A stretch of DNA of 64,000 nt. Origin: Nemertoderma westbladi. Taxonomy: Eukaryota; Animalia; Xenacoelomorpha. Shown here in pieces: positions 12,201 through 24,895 of the stretch. The stretch lies in assembly GCA_032718475.1 (NCBI GenBank), contig JAUCBJ010000326.1, positions 35,951-99,950 on the forward strand, given 5' to 3'. Below the pieces are notes generated by a model. The model ran no database searches. It saw nothing but the letters and a program-made list of their open reading frames with translations, and was not told the DNA's origin. The first letter of the stretch is position 1. Each line of letters begins with the position of its first letter. The position numbers and the translations under genes are program-made.

Positions 12201-15200
12201 ATGAGGGCCAGGGTAACCCGGGAAACTGTTGCCCACACAGTCCTGCACCTCGTGATGAGGGACAGGGTAGCCCGGGAAACTGTTGCCCCCACAGTCCCGA
12301 ACCTTCGTGATCAAGGTCAGGGTAGCCCGGGAAACGGCTGCCCCCACAGTCCCACACCTTCGTGATCAGGACCAGGGTAGCCCGGGAAACTGTTGCCCCC
12401 ACAGTCCCAAACCTTCGTGATCAAGGTCAGGGTAGCCCGGGAAACTGTTGCCCACACAATCCCGCACCTTAGTGATGAGGGCCAGGGTAGCCCGGGAAAC
12501 TGTTGCCCACACAGTCCTGCACCTCGTGATGAGGGACAGGGTAGCCCGGGAAACTGTTGCCCCCACAGTCCCGAACCTTCGTGATCAAGGTCAGGGTAGC
12601 CCGGGAAACGGCTGCCCCCACAGTCCCACACCTTCGTGATCAGGACCAGGGTAGCCCGGGAAACTGTTGCCCCCACAGTCCCGAACCTTCGTGATCAAGG
12701 TCAGGGTAGCCCGGGTAACTGTTGCCCACACAGTCCCGCACCTTAGTGATGAGGGCCAGGGTAGCCCGGGAAACTGTTGCCCCCACAGTCCCACACCTTC
12801 GTGATCAGGACCAGGGTAGCCCGGGAAACTGTTGCCCCCACAGTCCCGAACCTTCGTGATCAAGGTCAGGGTAGCCCGGGAAACTGTTGCCCACACAGTC
12901 CCGCACCTTAGTGATCAGGACCAGAGTAGCCCGGGAAAATGTTGCCCCCACAGTCCCGCACCTTCGTGATCAGGGCCAGGGTAGCCCGGGAAACTGTTGC
13001 CCCCACAGTCCTGCACCTTCGTGATCAGGGCCAGGGTTGCCCGGGGAAAGGCTGCCCCCACAGTTCCACACCTTCGTGATCAGGGCCAGGGTAGCCCGGG
13101 AAACTGTTGCCCCCACAGTCCCGAACCTTCGTGATCAAGGTCAGGGTTGCCCGGGAAACTGTTGCCCACACAGTCCCGAACCTTCGTGATCAAGGTCAGG
13201 GTTGCCCGGGAAACTGTTGCCCCCACAGTCCTGCACCTCGTGATCAGGGCCAGGGTAGCCCGGGAAACTGTTGCCCACACAGTCCCGAACCTTCGTGATC
13301 AAGGTCAGGGTTGCCCGGGAAGCTGTTGCCCACACAGTCCCGCACCTTCGTGATCAGGGCCAGGGTAGCCCGGGAAACTGTTGCCCACACAGTCCCGAAC
13401 CTTCGTGATCAAGGTCAGGGTTGCCCGGGAAACTGTTGCCCACACAGTCCCGCACCTTCGTGATCAGGGCCAGGGTAGCCCGGGAAACTGTTGCCCACAC
13501 AGTCCCGAACCTTCGTGATCAAGGTCAGGGTTGCCCGGGAAACTGTTGCCCACACAGTCCCGCACCTTAGTGATCAGGACCAGAGTAGCCCGGGAAACTG
13601 TTGCCCCCACAGTCCCGCATCTTCGTGATCAGGGCCAGGGTAGCCCGGGAAACTGTTGCCCCCACAGTCCTGCACCTTCGTGATCAGGGCCAGGGTTGCC
13701 CGGGGAAAGGCTGCCCCCACAGTTCCACACCTTCGTGATCAGAGCCAGGGTAGCCCGGGAAACTGCTGCCCCCACAGTCCCGCACCTTCGTGATCAGGGC
13801 CAGGGTTGCCCGGGGAAAGGCTGCCCCCAAGGTCCCGCACCTTCGTGATCAGGGCCAGGGTAGCCCGGGAAACAGCAGCCCCCACAGTCCTGCACCTTCG
13901 TGATCAGGGCCAGGGTAGCCCGGGAAACGGCTGCCCCCACAGTCCCGTACCTCGTGATCAGGGCCAGGGTTGCCCGGGAAACGGCTGCCCCCACAGTCCC
14001 ACACCTCGTGATCAGGACCAGGGTAGCCCGGGAAACGGCTGCCCCCACAGTCCTGCACCTCGTGATCAAGGCCAGGGTAGCCCGGGAAACTGTTGCCCAC
14101 ACAGTCCCGCACCTTAGTGATGAGGGCCAGGGTAGCCCGGGAAACTGTTGCCCACACAGTCCCGCACCTTAGTGATGAGGGCCAGGGTAACCCGGGAAAC
14201 TGTTGCCCACACAGTCCTGCACCTCGTGATGAGGGATAGGGTAGCCCGGGAAACTGTTGCCCCCACAGTCCCGAACCTTCGTGATCAAGGTCAGGGTAGC
14301 CCAGGAAACTGTTGCCCACACAGTCCCGCACCTTAGTGATCAGGACCAGAGTAGCCCGGGAAACTGTTGCCCCCACAGTCCCGCACCTTCGTGATCAGGG
14401 CCAGGGTAGCCCGGGAAACTGTTGCCCACACAGTCCCGCACCTTAGTGATGAGGGCCAGGGTAACCCGGGAAACTGTTGCCCACACAATCCTGCACCTCG
14501 TGATCAGGACCAGGGTAGCCCGGGAAACTGTTGCCCCCACAGTCCCGAACCTTCGTGATCAAGGTCAGGGTAGCCCAGGAAACTGTTGCCCACACAGTCC
14601 CGCACCTTAGTGATCAGGACCAGAGTAGCCCGGGAAACTGTTGCCCCCACAGTCCCGCACCTTCGTGATCAGGGCCAGGGTAGCCCGGGAAACTGTTGCC
14701 CCCACAGTCCTGCACCTTCGTGATCAGGGCCAGGGTTGCCCGGGGAAAGGCTGCCCCCACAGTTCCACACCTTCGTGATCAGGGCCAGGGTAGCCCGGGA
14801 AACTGTTGCCCCCACAGTCCCGAACCTTCGTGATCAAGGTCAGGGTTGCCCGGGTAACTGTTGCCCATACAGTCCCGCACCTTCGTGATCAGGGCCAGGG
14901 TAGCCCGGGAAACTGTTGCCCACACAGTCCCGCACCTTAGTGATCAGGACCAGGGTAGCCCGTGAAACAGCAGCCCCCATAGTCCTGCACCTTCGTGATC
15001 AGGGCCAGGGTTGACTGGGGAAAGGCTGCCACCGCAGTCCCGCACATTCGTGGTCAGGGGCCTGGACAGCCCGGGAAACAGCAGCCCCCACAGTCCTGCA
15101 CCTCGTGATCAGGGTTAGGGTAGCTCGGGAAACGTTTGCCCCCACGCTCCCGGAAACTGCTGCCCCCACAGTCCTGCACCTCGTGATCAGGGTCAGGGTA

Positions 15201-15650
15201 GCCCGGGAAACCGTTGCCCCCACAGTCCTGCACCTCGTGATCAGGGTCAGGGTAGCCCGGGAAAAGGCTGCCCCCACAGTCCCCCAACTTCGTGATCAGG
15301 GCCAGGGTAGCCCGGGGTACGGCTGCCCCCACAGTCCTGCACCTCGTGATCAGGGCCAGGGCACCTCCTGATCAGGGTCAGAGTAGCCCGGGAAAAGGCT
15401 GCCCCCGCAGTCCCCCAACTTCGTGATCAGGGCCAGGGTAGGCCGGGAAACGGCTGCCCCCACTGACCTGCACCTCGAGATCAGGGCCAGGGTTGCCCGG
15501 GGAACGGCTGCCCCCACAGTCCTGCACCTCGTGATCAGTGATATCTATGTTAAAACTAGCAATCAATTATTGTTACAAGAAAAACAAATTAGTGAATAAC
15601 GATGATAAAATAAGCTGTAAAAGGATGTAGAGTTTTAATTCGCACTTCAT

Positions 15651-17006
15651 CTATACTTTTTTTACAATGTAAAATTTATTATGTCCCGTCAAAGTTGCAA
15701 AAACTATCGCAATTGTCTGCAAACAGAAATCTAGTGGGATGACACACAGAGACCCAATCACTACAAGCAGATATGTAAATATACTTGTCTTATTCTTTCG
15801 TAGGGAGAGCGATTTTATGGCACCGAAAATGTACATATAAACATAAATACCAGTAACAAAAGAAGCTGTACATAATAGTTCGGGTCCAAGGACTTGAGGA
15901 TAAATTACCCGCAGGCAAGTGGATATAGGAAATGTTACCCAAGAATAATAAAATATCCCGAAAAAAAACTTGTATGGAAGTGAAATATCCTTGTTGTGTA
16001 ATACCAAAAACATTCCTTGTATCCAGCGTATTCGTTGTTTAATAAAATCCCAGACGTTTAGAACCGGAACATCCATCAATTCGCCTTCAATAAAACCGAA
16101 CGAGAACCCTTTAGAAAAAGCGGTCATAGCGAAATATGTATCTTCTGTTATGCATCCATCGGGACCGGTGTCAAAACTAACTTTTAGTTCACTACTAACT
16201 CGGGCAACAATAAAAGAACCGGAGAAATGAAATAACGGCTTATGGAAACAGTTAAATTGAAAACGATGAGCACCCATAGCAAAAGCAACTCGATGCATCT
16301 CTAATAAGGCCCAAAGCCAATTATTAACCCTGTTATTAGCAAAAGTTATAAGTCCTTGACCGAAATCGTATGCTCCATCTCTGATAAAATTAGTAATACC
16401 TATAACTGCCGATTCCGTTAACACTGAATCCTCATCTAAATGAACAATCCAATTATCACCTTGAAGTCTGTTAATATTATCTTCCAAACAATACTGGAGA
16501 TTTCGAGCTTTAAACCTCGTCTTTCTCTTTGTTTCATAGGAAGACGGAACTATAATTTCACGCAGTAGTGGATTCTTAGGTAGATTTAATGGTTTCTCTG
16601 TTACAATCTCAACTATAAATTTATCCAAACCCAGTCGAAGACATGTGTTCATGTGGCGATGGAAATTCCGCTGTATCAAATCCCGATAATCTCCACGCGT
16701 CACGACCCGAATACAAAAGAACGGAACCGACGAAATGGGGTGTCGTATTACAGGTTCTTCCGGAAAAGTATCAAAAAACACCAAGCCACAGAAAATTGAT
16801 ACGCTTAGTGGTAGCGGGAGAAAGGTGAAGAATACTTGAGCATAGTAGAGGAACAAGGCTAGTGGGGATCCCTGATCCAACCAAGTATTAAAATATTCGT
16901 GATGGGAATCTTCCCCATAGCTGACAACACCACATGCTATCTGAACGACGAAAAGAAAAGCTAACAAGGATGATACGTGAATTAAATGTTTCAAAGGAAC
17001 TTCCAT
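15651..17006 (-). CDS. egh: Egghead/BRE-3 family beta-1,4-mannosyltransferase (GT2, glycosphingolipid synthesis), divergent intronless copy
   Basis: 451-aa uninterrupted ORF. Motifs CIRVVTRGDY, FKARNLQYCLED, WIVHLDED, FGQGLITFAN, TED, QRIRW (QxxRW) and C-terminal KFYIVKK. N- and C-terminal hydrophobic segments. Orthology versus paralogy is not established. Confidence 0.9.
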   Translation of the reverse strand: MEVPLKHLIHVSSLLAFLFVVQIACGVVSYGEDSHHEYFNTWLDQGSPLALFLYYAQVFFTFLPLPLSVSIFCGLVFFDTFPEEPVIRHPISSVPFFCIRVVTRGDYRDLIQRNFHRHMNTCLRLGLDKFIVEIVTEKPLNLPKNPLLREIIVPSSYETKRKTRFKARNLQYCLEDNINRLQGDNWIVHLDEDSVLTESAVIGITNFIRDGAYDFGQGLITFANNRVNNWLWALLEMHRVAFAMGAHRFQFNCFHKPLFHFSGSFIVARVSSELKVSFDTGPDGCITEDTYFAMTAFSKGFSFGFIEGELMDVPVLNVWDFIKQRIRWIQGMFLVLHNKDISLPYKFFFGIFYYSWVTFPISTCLRVIYPQVLGPELLCTASFVTGIYVYMYIFGAIKSLSLRKNKTSIFTYLLVVIGSLCVIPLDFCLQTIAIVFATLTGHNKFYIVKKV

Positions 17007-18116
17007 TTCAATTTCTTATATTAAATATATAAATGTAATATTAATTTGTTTTAAATGATGGAAGGATACTTCCTATAGTACACCCACAAGTCCACCAAAT
17101 TTGTAGGAATGTAGGAATGGTACACCCCAGGAACAAGACTACAAATTATTCTTTTTCAGAATATTTTACTCTAAATAGCTCCAGCAATATCTTCAAATGA
17201 ATCCATTCATTAACTTTTCTTTTTGCGATAAACAGTTTTTCTCTTTACCCATTCAATGGACTGCCTGTGCTACAGTAGTCCACCGCCTGCTGGTATGGTG
17301 TAGTTGTCACTCTCTTTGCTCAACTGGGGGGTCCTTTGCGAGTTACGTTATCGTAACGGGTGCTTCAAACCAGCGATCTTCAGAATCTGACTTCTTTCTG
17401 CTGGGGGAGTAAAGACAAATTTTGGGTCGTCTCTTGTTATGATGCCAATTTCTTTAGAATTTCAATGAATAACGAAAAACGCGACTTCTGGATCCGTAAG
17501 GAGGATTCTGCATCCCGTCTGTTTAGGGGTAATTTTTTTCTCGAATATATTACCTATATAATCTTTTTGATTCGATTCGCCAAAGGGAATGCCTTATCTT
17601 GAAGCAACAATTGTATTTATAGTTACAGATGTGAACGAACTTTTTTTATTATCCTTTAAAATTTACTATTTTATATACTGGTACATTACCGTAATTCTTC
17701 CCATATCTAACAATATTGAAAAATGATCTTCTTTGTTTTGGGTGTCATTGCGTTTATCACTGCGTTGTCTACTACTGTAGGCTTACTCGGAACACAAACC
17801 GAACGTAAATAGTCTATGACATAACATACTTGACATACCGGATAATGGTTAAATTCCTAGGACTGCATACAGTAGTACTACCTACTACTACTGATTCTGC
17901 TCAAATTATTAATAGGTTTATACGTTATCTTTGGTCGTTGCCAAGCAACCAATGTATGTCAAGGCACGTTAGGAAATTATTAAACATTCAGGGAATTATA
18001 GTTATAGTTATTAATATAGTAACAAAATTCACATTGTTGTTACGGAAAATTAAATAAAACTTAGTTCATGTAATATTCTGGCTAATATCTTTCGATGTAG
18101 GTCAAGTGTAAAGGCT

Positions 18117-18304
18117 TTTGCGGATATAACTAGTCATTTTCCCCGCAAAGTACTCTGTAGGTGTTTTAGCGGACATAAAAAGCCGTTTTTCTTATTGTGT
18201 AGGTGTTTTAGTGGACATAAAAAGCCATTTTTCTGTATGTGTACTATAGCGGACATAACAAGCCATTTTATGCCGCAATACGCCAAAATACTCTTAATAC
18301 AGTG
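18117..18304. repeat. Spaced short repeats (GCGGACATAAAAAGCC-like), possibly the subterminal region of a DNA transposon ending in CAGTG
   Basis: Four related motifs followed by ...TTAATACAGTG; no partner end found. Confidence 0.35.
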
Positions 18305-19569
18305 TGGCTTAGATGACGAAATCTATCAGCTGATTTTGATGTCGATGTGGAGCTTTCTTAACTCTCTTTGTTCAGCTCACTCGACCAATCAGAGCGATTT
18401 TCATTTTATTTGCACAGAAGCCTACGGGAAATTGCGCAATGCATGACGGTCTTTGTTTTACCTTTTCCTGAGCCCAGAACATAGGCTTTAGAATTATTCT
18501 TAGTTTCAGACTTTAGCCAAACATTCGACGGCTTTGATTATAGGAACGTATAACTGTTATCACGGCACAGCATAGCATATCAGCCCATATCATACTATAC
18601 ATACCTTTCACCACATTATTTTACTGCTATTTCCTGTCAGTTATTAATTGTTAGAAGTTGATGGATATGTTGTTATATTTGAAGAATATCGATAAATAAT
18701 CATAAAACCCCAATCTTCTTGATATACTGAAGGTTAGAGAGACCGGTTACCTGTAGCAATTGCGACTTACATTATAGTGGTTTTGGAGTGAATTGAATGC
18801 TATTTCATAATCCCTACATGTGTCGGTTGCTATTCTCCTTGTATATGATCAAATTTAGTGAAGGTCGACAGATCAGTGTGCAGCAGTGTGCGGTAGTGTG
18901 CATGAGTGTGATAGATAACAAAGCATTTCCTAAAGAATGCGCTTTATACGAAAATCATTAGCCATCCCGTTGTGTTTAGTGTAAGTCATAACTCTGTTTA
19001 CATACTTAGAGCGCCACGTCCTAAAGGAACTGTTAATATTTCCCGAAAGTAAATAATATTTGTCAGAGATTATATATTAACGATCAATCGAATAGTACAG
19101 TAAGTCTACACCGCAATAAGGTCAGAGCCTCCGAATCCAGTCTCCCTTAACCGTGGGTGATGTAACTAATGTAACTTTATATCTTATATGCAACAAATAC
19201 TTGTTATAGGCTAAAGTCGATTTATAAACTAGAAGACACCTAAAATTAGCGGGTTAAACTGCTAAAGGTCTAAAAGCGCGAACATCAAGAATATGCAGAG
19301 ATAATAAAATATTCCAAATCGATTATATCGTGACAAGGCAGCCGGCCATGTTGCTGTTTTTAAGTTATATTAGGTTACAGTTATCTTTGTTATATAAAAT
19401 ATAATAAACGTCAGACGCATACTCGATTGTTAGGGAAACTGAAAATAGATAATTTGAAACTGAAAATTGATAACTGGAAACTGAGAATAATTATATTATT
19501 CAATAGTTACAATTATAATGAACTTCATAGAGTAATTATTTATGATATGTATAAATCACACTAAAATCA

Positions 19570-19765
19570 CCACTACTAGGTCGAGCGAACTCGGACAGTG
19601 GAAATGAGATCCTTCCAGACTTCCCGATTCTCCATAGTTGTCGCAATTTCGTTTCTCCCAAGTTCAGTATCCCTTTCAAGTTGATCTATATATGTTATGG
19701 CCGGTCGTCCACGACTAACCTTTCCATCACTTGGTTGCCAGAAAAGTAGATCTGGTATGAATGAC
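19570..19765 (-). mobile_element. Short 3' fragment of a different RTE-clade LINE
   Basis: LLFWQPSDGKVSRGRPAITYIDQLERDT...MENREVWK ends in a TAG stop that runs into a TAGTAG tail. Confidence 0.8.
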
Positions 19766-20786
19766 CTCATAATCACGTTATTTTATTTTCTTCAATCGTA
19801 GACTCTATTCACTGATAAATTAATAAAGATAAAGTCAACTTTACTATGGATATTCATAATAATTATACGATATGTTGGTATTTTTAAAAATACTACTGTA
19901 GCTACTGTACCATTTTTATGAATAGATTAACTACCATTGAAAACACTAGTTACCATAAAAATTAAACATGTACCGAGTCGGAAATATGTTCCAGAACATA
20001 AATCAACAGCCAAGAGAGCTATAAAACAGCTATAAAACAGCTATACAAAGGCAGAATTATGGTGACACAGGTTACACTAGTACCCCCCCCCCCCCCCCCC
20101 CCCTCCCAGTAAAATTTAATAAAATTAATAAGATGGCAAACAACGAAAAGATCTAAGTTTTTTATGCCGTTTCTATCTAATTTAATGATGCTCGCAAGGC
20201 TTTTGGTGAGGTCAATTGGAATAAGAGTTATCATTCTTACGAATACTGGAGTATAATTTAAAGTGCCAATCTATCAATCTTATTGAGATGGTCATTTTGC
20301 TTAATGTGAAATATAGCTACAGTACATTATTGAAAGAAACCGTAGCAAGTTTGGTATATTTCTGTACCATAGGATAATACGTAAAATTATATGAATATAC
20401 TGCAACATATATTTTCTAGAATCCCGTATCAGAGCAATTTCTAAGAAAAGAGTATAATTATTGGAAAAAATGGTATCATACAACATTTATAGAACATTTT
20501 ATTAAAATTATACGATTATAATTTTAGATAGTTTCCGTAGCAATATGCGAAAATTAACAATATACGATATTTCAGTATAGACAGAGGGATTGTACAATTA
20601 CTATTGCATAGATTCCATAGATGCATATATAATATGCCTTCAATGTGCCCTAAGTACTGTGAGCCTTTGATTACTTTTATAGTTGGCCGGGCGACTAACA
20701 GCGCCGACTCAGGTCAACTAATTGTAGAATTGGCTTCTGGGTGCTGATAGGCCTGACCCACTGGGTAGTACAATAGTTAAAATGTA

Positions 20787-21231
20787 CACCATGACCCGTA
20801 ATATAGTGTTATAGAATTTTGTGTATTTATTAAATAGAATAAATGGCCTGCAGTGAACAATAATTCTTGCAATCTTTGAACGCCTATTTCTTAGCTGTTT
20901 CTCAATGAAATTCAGATATTGCTACATATTTGGAATCCTTGCAACGCAAGCTTTCTATTGATGTGAAAAAATTACGACTAAAGTGAAGAATGGCAATGAT
21001 ACAGAGGGTGCGATTTCGCAAAAGACACTTTTTTAAAACGCTTATAAATAAAATTTAAAGGTGAAATCGAAAATTCCGGCTTCATGGTAACAACCACGGT
21101 GAGTTGAACTACGTAGTTGTGTTTCAAATTTCAAACAATATGATAAAGATTTGTAGAAAAATCTGGTGGGGGGGGGGGGGGGGGGGGGGTCCGAGTCATC
21201 AGAAAATGACACTATATTACGGGTCATGGTG
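20787..21231. mobile_element. MITE, Tc1/mariner-like (TA target duplication)
   Basis: TIR CACCATGACCCGTAATATAGTGT at both ends, flanked by TA (20785-86, 21232-33). Non-coding, 445 bp, with an internal G-run. Confidence 0.85.
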
Positions 21232-22412
21232 TATGTGAGTAATATTTACGTAGTTTTTAAGTTTTTATTTAATAGTAGGGGGTATCAATTGATTATTGAT
21301 TACTGATTTAAACGTGTTTGTTCAGTGCTGTGATATTCGTGGTAAGTGAGGTAAGCAAGTTATTAAGGTAAATTACGTTGTTGACACATTAGTTTCATAA
21401 TTTATTGTTACCCTGTCTGCGTATTTGAAATTCAATGGCTATAAGCCATATAAAAGATTTATGGCATTTTTAGGGGGATACTTGTCAATTTCTGATTAGG
21501 ACATGGAATACTAATTTTAGAAAAGTACAGTATGTGGTATGGCCTACATAATATAGGTATTTAGATGTAAGTTTTTTTTATACTCGTTTTTTTACCTATT
21601 GGCTACTTTCTCTAGTCGATTTGTTAAGTTTGTGTGAAAGGTTTTTGTACAGTACTGTATCTTCATTCAACCACTCGGTTTATAGCCCGTTTATTTTATT
21701 TATTTTACTTTTTTTGCTCTACTTTAGGCGGATCGAATTTTAGATATATTTGTTTCCATTGTAGTATGCCGATTTAAAATATTAAAAAGGATAGGATTGT
21801 CTAGTAATGGTTTTTAATTACAGGCAATGTGGTAAAATGTTGAGTATATAGAATTTTGAGATTGCTAGCAGGTTGTTTTTGTGATGCCTAGTTTTAGTCG
21901 CAGTGAATTAGACCCCGGTGTGAGTTGTATTAAAGGCTTGAATAATCTATAAGCGTTATTAATAATTAATTATATCATATTTATTGTAGCAAATTAGTTA
22001 TAAAACTTTACCAGTAGGTATGCACGAAACAAAGTAGATAAAATATAAATGACTAACCAACCATTGGGAAATAGAACCACAAACTTATGCCAATCACGTT
22101 GAGAACAGGTTTGTGTATCCGTATTTATTTCATTCCGAGTTATTGTCGGTTTTGAATAAACTAATAACTTTTTATTATCTTTTTATTGGCGAAATTGTAG
22201 GACTAAATCCCATGAAATGTATTATTTTTAACTGGATACAGAATTTAGGGCTAATCAAATGGCAGATGGCTTTGAAATTATTACTCTATATCTCAAGAAC
22301 CAATAACCTAGAGGTTGTTGTCTCGGCGTCCACCTCGAGGTCCTAAATTTATACACTTTTTTACCCCGTTAAAAAGTACGCATGTGATGGGATTACTCCT
22401 ACAATTGATTGT

Positions 22413-22635
22413 AGGGCCTTATCGCCCCCTGGGTACTTATCGCCCCTCGAATGGTCCTTTATCGCCCCTTGGGTACATATCGCCCCCTGGGAACTTATCG
22501 CCCCCCGAATGGTCCTTTATCGCCCCTTGGGTACATATCGCCCCTCCAATGGTCCTTTATCGCCCCTTGGGAACATATCGCCCCCGGGTCATTATCGCTC
22601 CCTGGTCATTATCGCCCCTGGTAACTTATCGCCAC
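22413..22635 (+). repeat. Array of (T)TATCGCCCC motifs; left arm of a putative foldback/MITE-type element
   Basis: About 12 spaced motifs; the reverse complement matches 34771-34905. Confidence 0.75.
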
Positions 22636-22668
22636 TGTGACGAATATGAATTTTGAATGGGAGAAACG

Positions 22669-23479
22669 TTGGTATTGGTATTGCGTATGGCGTATTGGTA
22701 TTGGTATTGGTATTGGTATTGGTATTGGTATTGGTATTGGTATTGGTATTGGTATTGGTATTGGTATTGGTATTGGTATTGGTATTGGTATTGCGTATTG
22801 CGTATTGCGTATTGCGTATTGCGTATTGCGTATTGCGTATTGCGTATTGCGTATTGCGTATTGCGTATTGCGTATTGCGTATTGCGTATTGCGTATTGCG
22901 TATTGCGTATTGCGTATTGCGTATTGCGTATTGCGTATTGCGTATTGCGTATTGCGTATTGCGTATTGCGTATTGCGTATTGCGTATTGCGTATTGCGTA
23001 TTGCGTATTGCGTATTGCGTATTGCGTATTGCGTATTGCGTATTGCGTATTGCGTATTGCGTATTGCGTATTGCGTATTGCGTATTGCGTATTGCGTATT
23101 GCGTATTGCGTATTGCGTATTGCGTATTGCGTATTGCGTATTGCGTATTGCGTATTGCGTATTGCGTATTGCGTATTGCGTATTGCGTATTGCGTATTGC
23201 GTATTGCGTATTGCGTATTACGTATTGCGTATTGCGTATTGCGTATTGCGTATTGCGTATTGCGTATTGCGTATTGCGTATTGCGTATTGCGTATTGCGT
23301 ATTGCGTATTGCGTATTGCGTATTGCGTATTGCGTATTGCGTATTGCGTATTGCGTATTGCGTATTGCGTATTGCGTATTGCGTATTGCGTATTGTGTAT
23401 TGCGTATTGCGTATTGCGTATTGCGTATTGCGTATTGCGTATTGCGTATTGCGTATTGCGTATTGCGTATTGCGTATTG
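22669..23479. repeat. Compound microsatellite (TATTGG)16 + (TATTGCG)98
   Basis: Hexamer array at 22693-22788; heptamer array at 22789-23474 with two substitutions (~23220, ~23396). Confidence 0.98.
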
Positions 23480-24895
23480 ATTGATTGTTAATATTTATAA
23501 TCCATACATATGGAACAACTGAGATACTAGTTAAAATTAAATTAAAACAATAATGTGACCATATAATTAGATAAAATGTAATTAGTTCCGTAACTTAAGT
23601 AAAAAAAGGGTATTCCGTTAATGATTAAAATTTGACGTATTAACTGCGCATTTGGGGTCGATCAGTGGTCATCAGCCAGATTGCTGTTCGTATGCGGGAT
23701 CTGCAAAGGGGGATAGCCTGACATTCCAGGTAATGTTGTTTGGTGGTCGCTGAGCAACCACACATCCAGCATTCACAGCAATCAGCTGGCCTCCAACAAC
23801 TGGGATTGGTGCAGATGCGGTGGTGGTATCCATTTGATATCAGCTGTGCGGCATAGCGGCGGCGTAAACCGGAAAGTCCAGTAACGTCTATGTCGGACGC
23901 GTCTGGATGGTCAATGGCGTGGATGATTGCAGTAGACGAGGTAAACTTGCTGATTCCGCACCATAACTTCCAGTAGAACGCTCGCACCCGTTGCACGTGG
24001 TCCAGTTGTGTAATGTCGCTACTCGTGAAAATACTGCACCCGTATGTTGTCGATGGGAGGACGATTGATTGCCATAAACGTTGTGCTGATTGTTGGGATA
24101 CTATACGAAGATTAACTTTTGTAGCGATTAATACACAACTTGATATGCCTTTAGAATACATGTGACCGTAATGCCCGCTAGCCCCATTTTTGGTTGATAG
24201 GATTACTCCTAAGTATTGAAAACAGTTCTGGAATTCCAATACTTGCCCGTTGTATTCCAGAACATCAGTGCGTGCCAATCTACCTCCACGGCGAAACTTA
24301 ACGGCTTTAGTCTTTGTGATATTGACTTCGAGTTTGTTAAGTTTACAATAATCAGCGAGTTTATTCAAACTAGATTGTACGTCTGCGATCGAGTCTCCGA
24401 CAATTACTAGGTCGTCGGCGTACATTATCACCCAGATAGTAGCGAACACAATGTATGCGGGAAGGTCTGCCACGAAGAGACTAAATAATAGTGGGGAGAG
24501 TTTGTCGCCTTGGACTACTCCTACCGTTTGAGCGATCGGTTCCAACACGTGCACTCCTACGCAGATGCACACGAAGTTTATCGAGATCAAGGCCCAAATC
24601 GCGCTGATAAATTTTCGGCTCAATCCCACATTCGATAGTTTCATGCAGAGTTTCTCGCGGTTTATTGAGTCAAAACATTTTTCGGAAGTCTACAAAGACG
24701 CAATAAACGTGCCCGCCTGCTGGTTGTATACCGATGTTAATACGGTTATATAAACATCTAACGGCGTCTATCGTAGATCGCGACTTCCTGAACCCGTATT
24801 GAGCGCCAGGGAACGCGCCGCTGCGCTCCGCCCAGTTGTACAGTCTTGTTGCTAAGATCGACGTGTAGGTTTTTAGCAAACACGAGAGTAACGCC
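23480..24895 (-). mobile_element. 5'-truncated non-LTR retrotransposon (RT plus C-terminal Cys/His knuckle; RTE-X-like, clade tentative)
   Basis: Motifs QYGFRKSRST, FVDFRK, QGDKLSPLLF, YADDL, FQYLG and CWMC...HYLEC. One extra A in the run at 24678-24682 splits the frame. 3' UTR ends in AACAATCAAT(CAATACG)n. Confidence 0.88.

Larger units (their letters stand above)
1..15537. repeat. GC-rich tandem satellite, 55/54-bp monomer (GTGATCAGGGCCAGGGTAGCCCGGGAAACTGTTGCCCCCACAGTCCCGCACCTTC)
   Basis: Monomer recurs continuously from the window start. Variants recur in local higher-order patterns, e.g. a 274-bp pentamer at 1/275 and 12250/12524. Copies become degenerate at 14950-15537. Confidence 0.98.

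Noticed and set aside
1-15537. HDV-like ribozyme on the minus strand (GGGGGCA...UGGCCCU, CAC-GAAG-GUG)
   Set aside because: Helix order is suggestive, but L3 is 3 nt instead of 7, P1 has a mismatch and J4/2 lacks the C-R-A motif.
1-15537. CRISPR array
   Set aside because: No unique spacers, no cas genes, and the context is eukaryotic.
68-15566. More than 100 short ORFs in the GC-rich satellite
   Set aside because: They occur in all frames on both strands and shift with 54/55-bp alternation; they are by-products of the repeat.
17197-17602. Short ORFs upstream of the egh-like gene
   Set aside because: No recognisable motifs; possibly UTR or decayed repeat.
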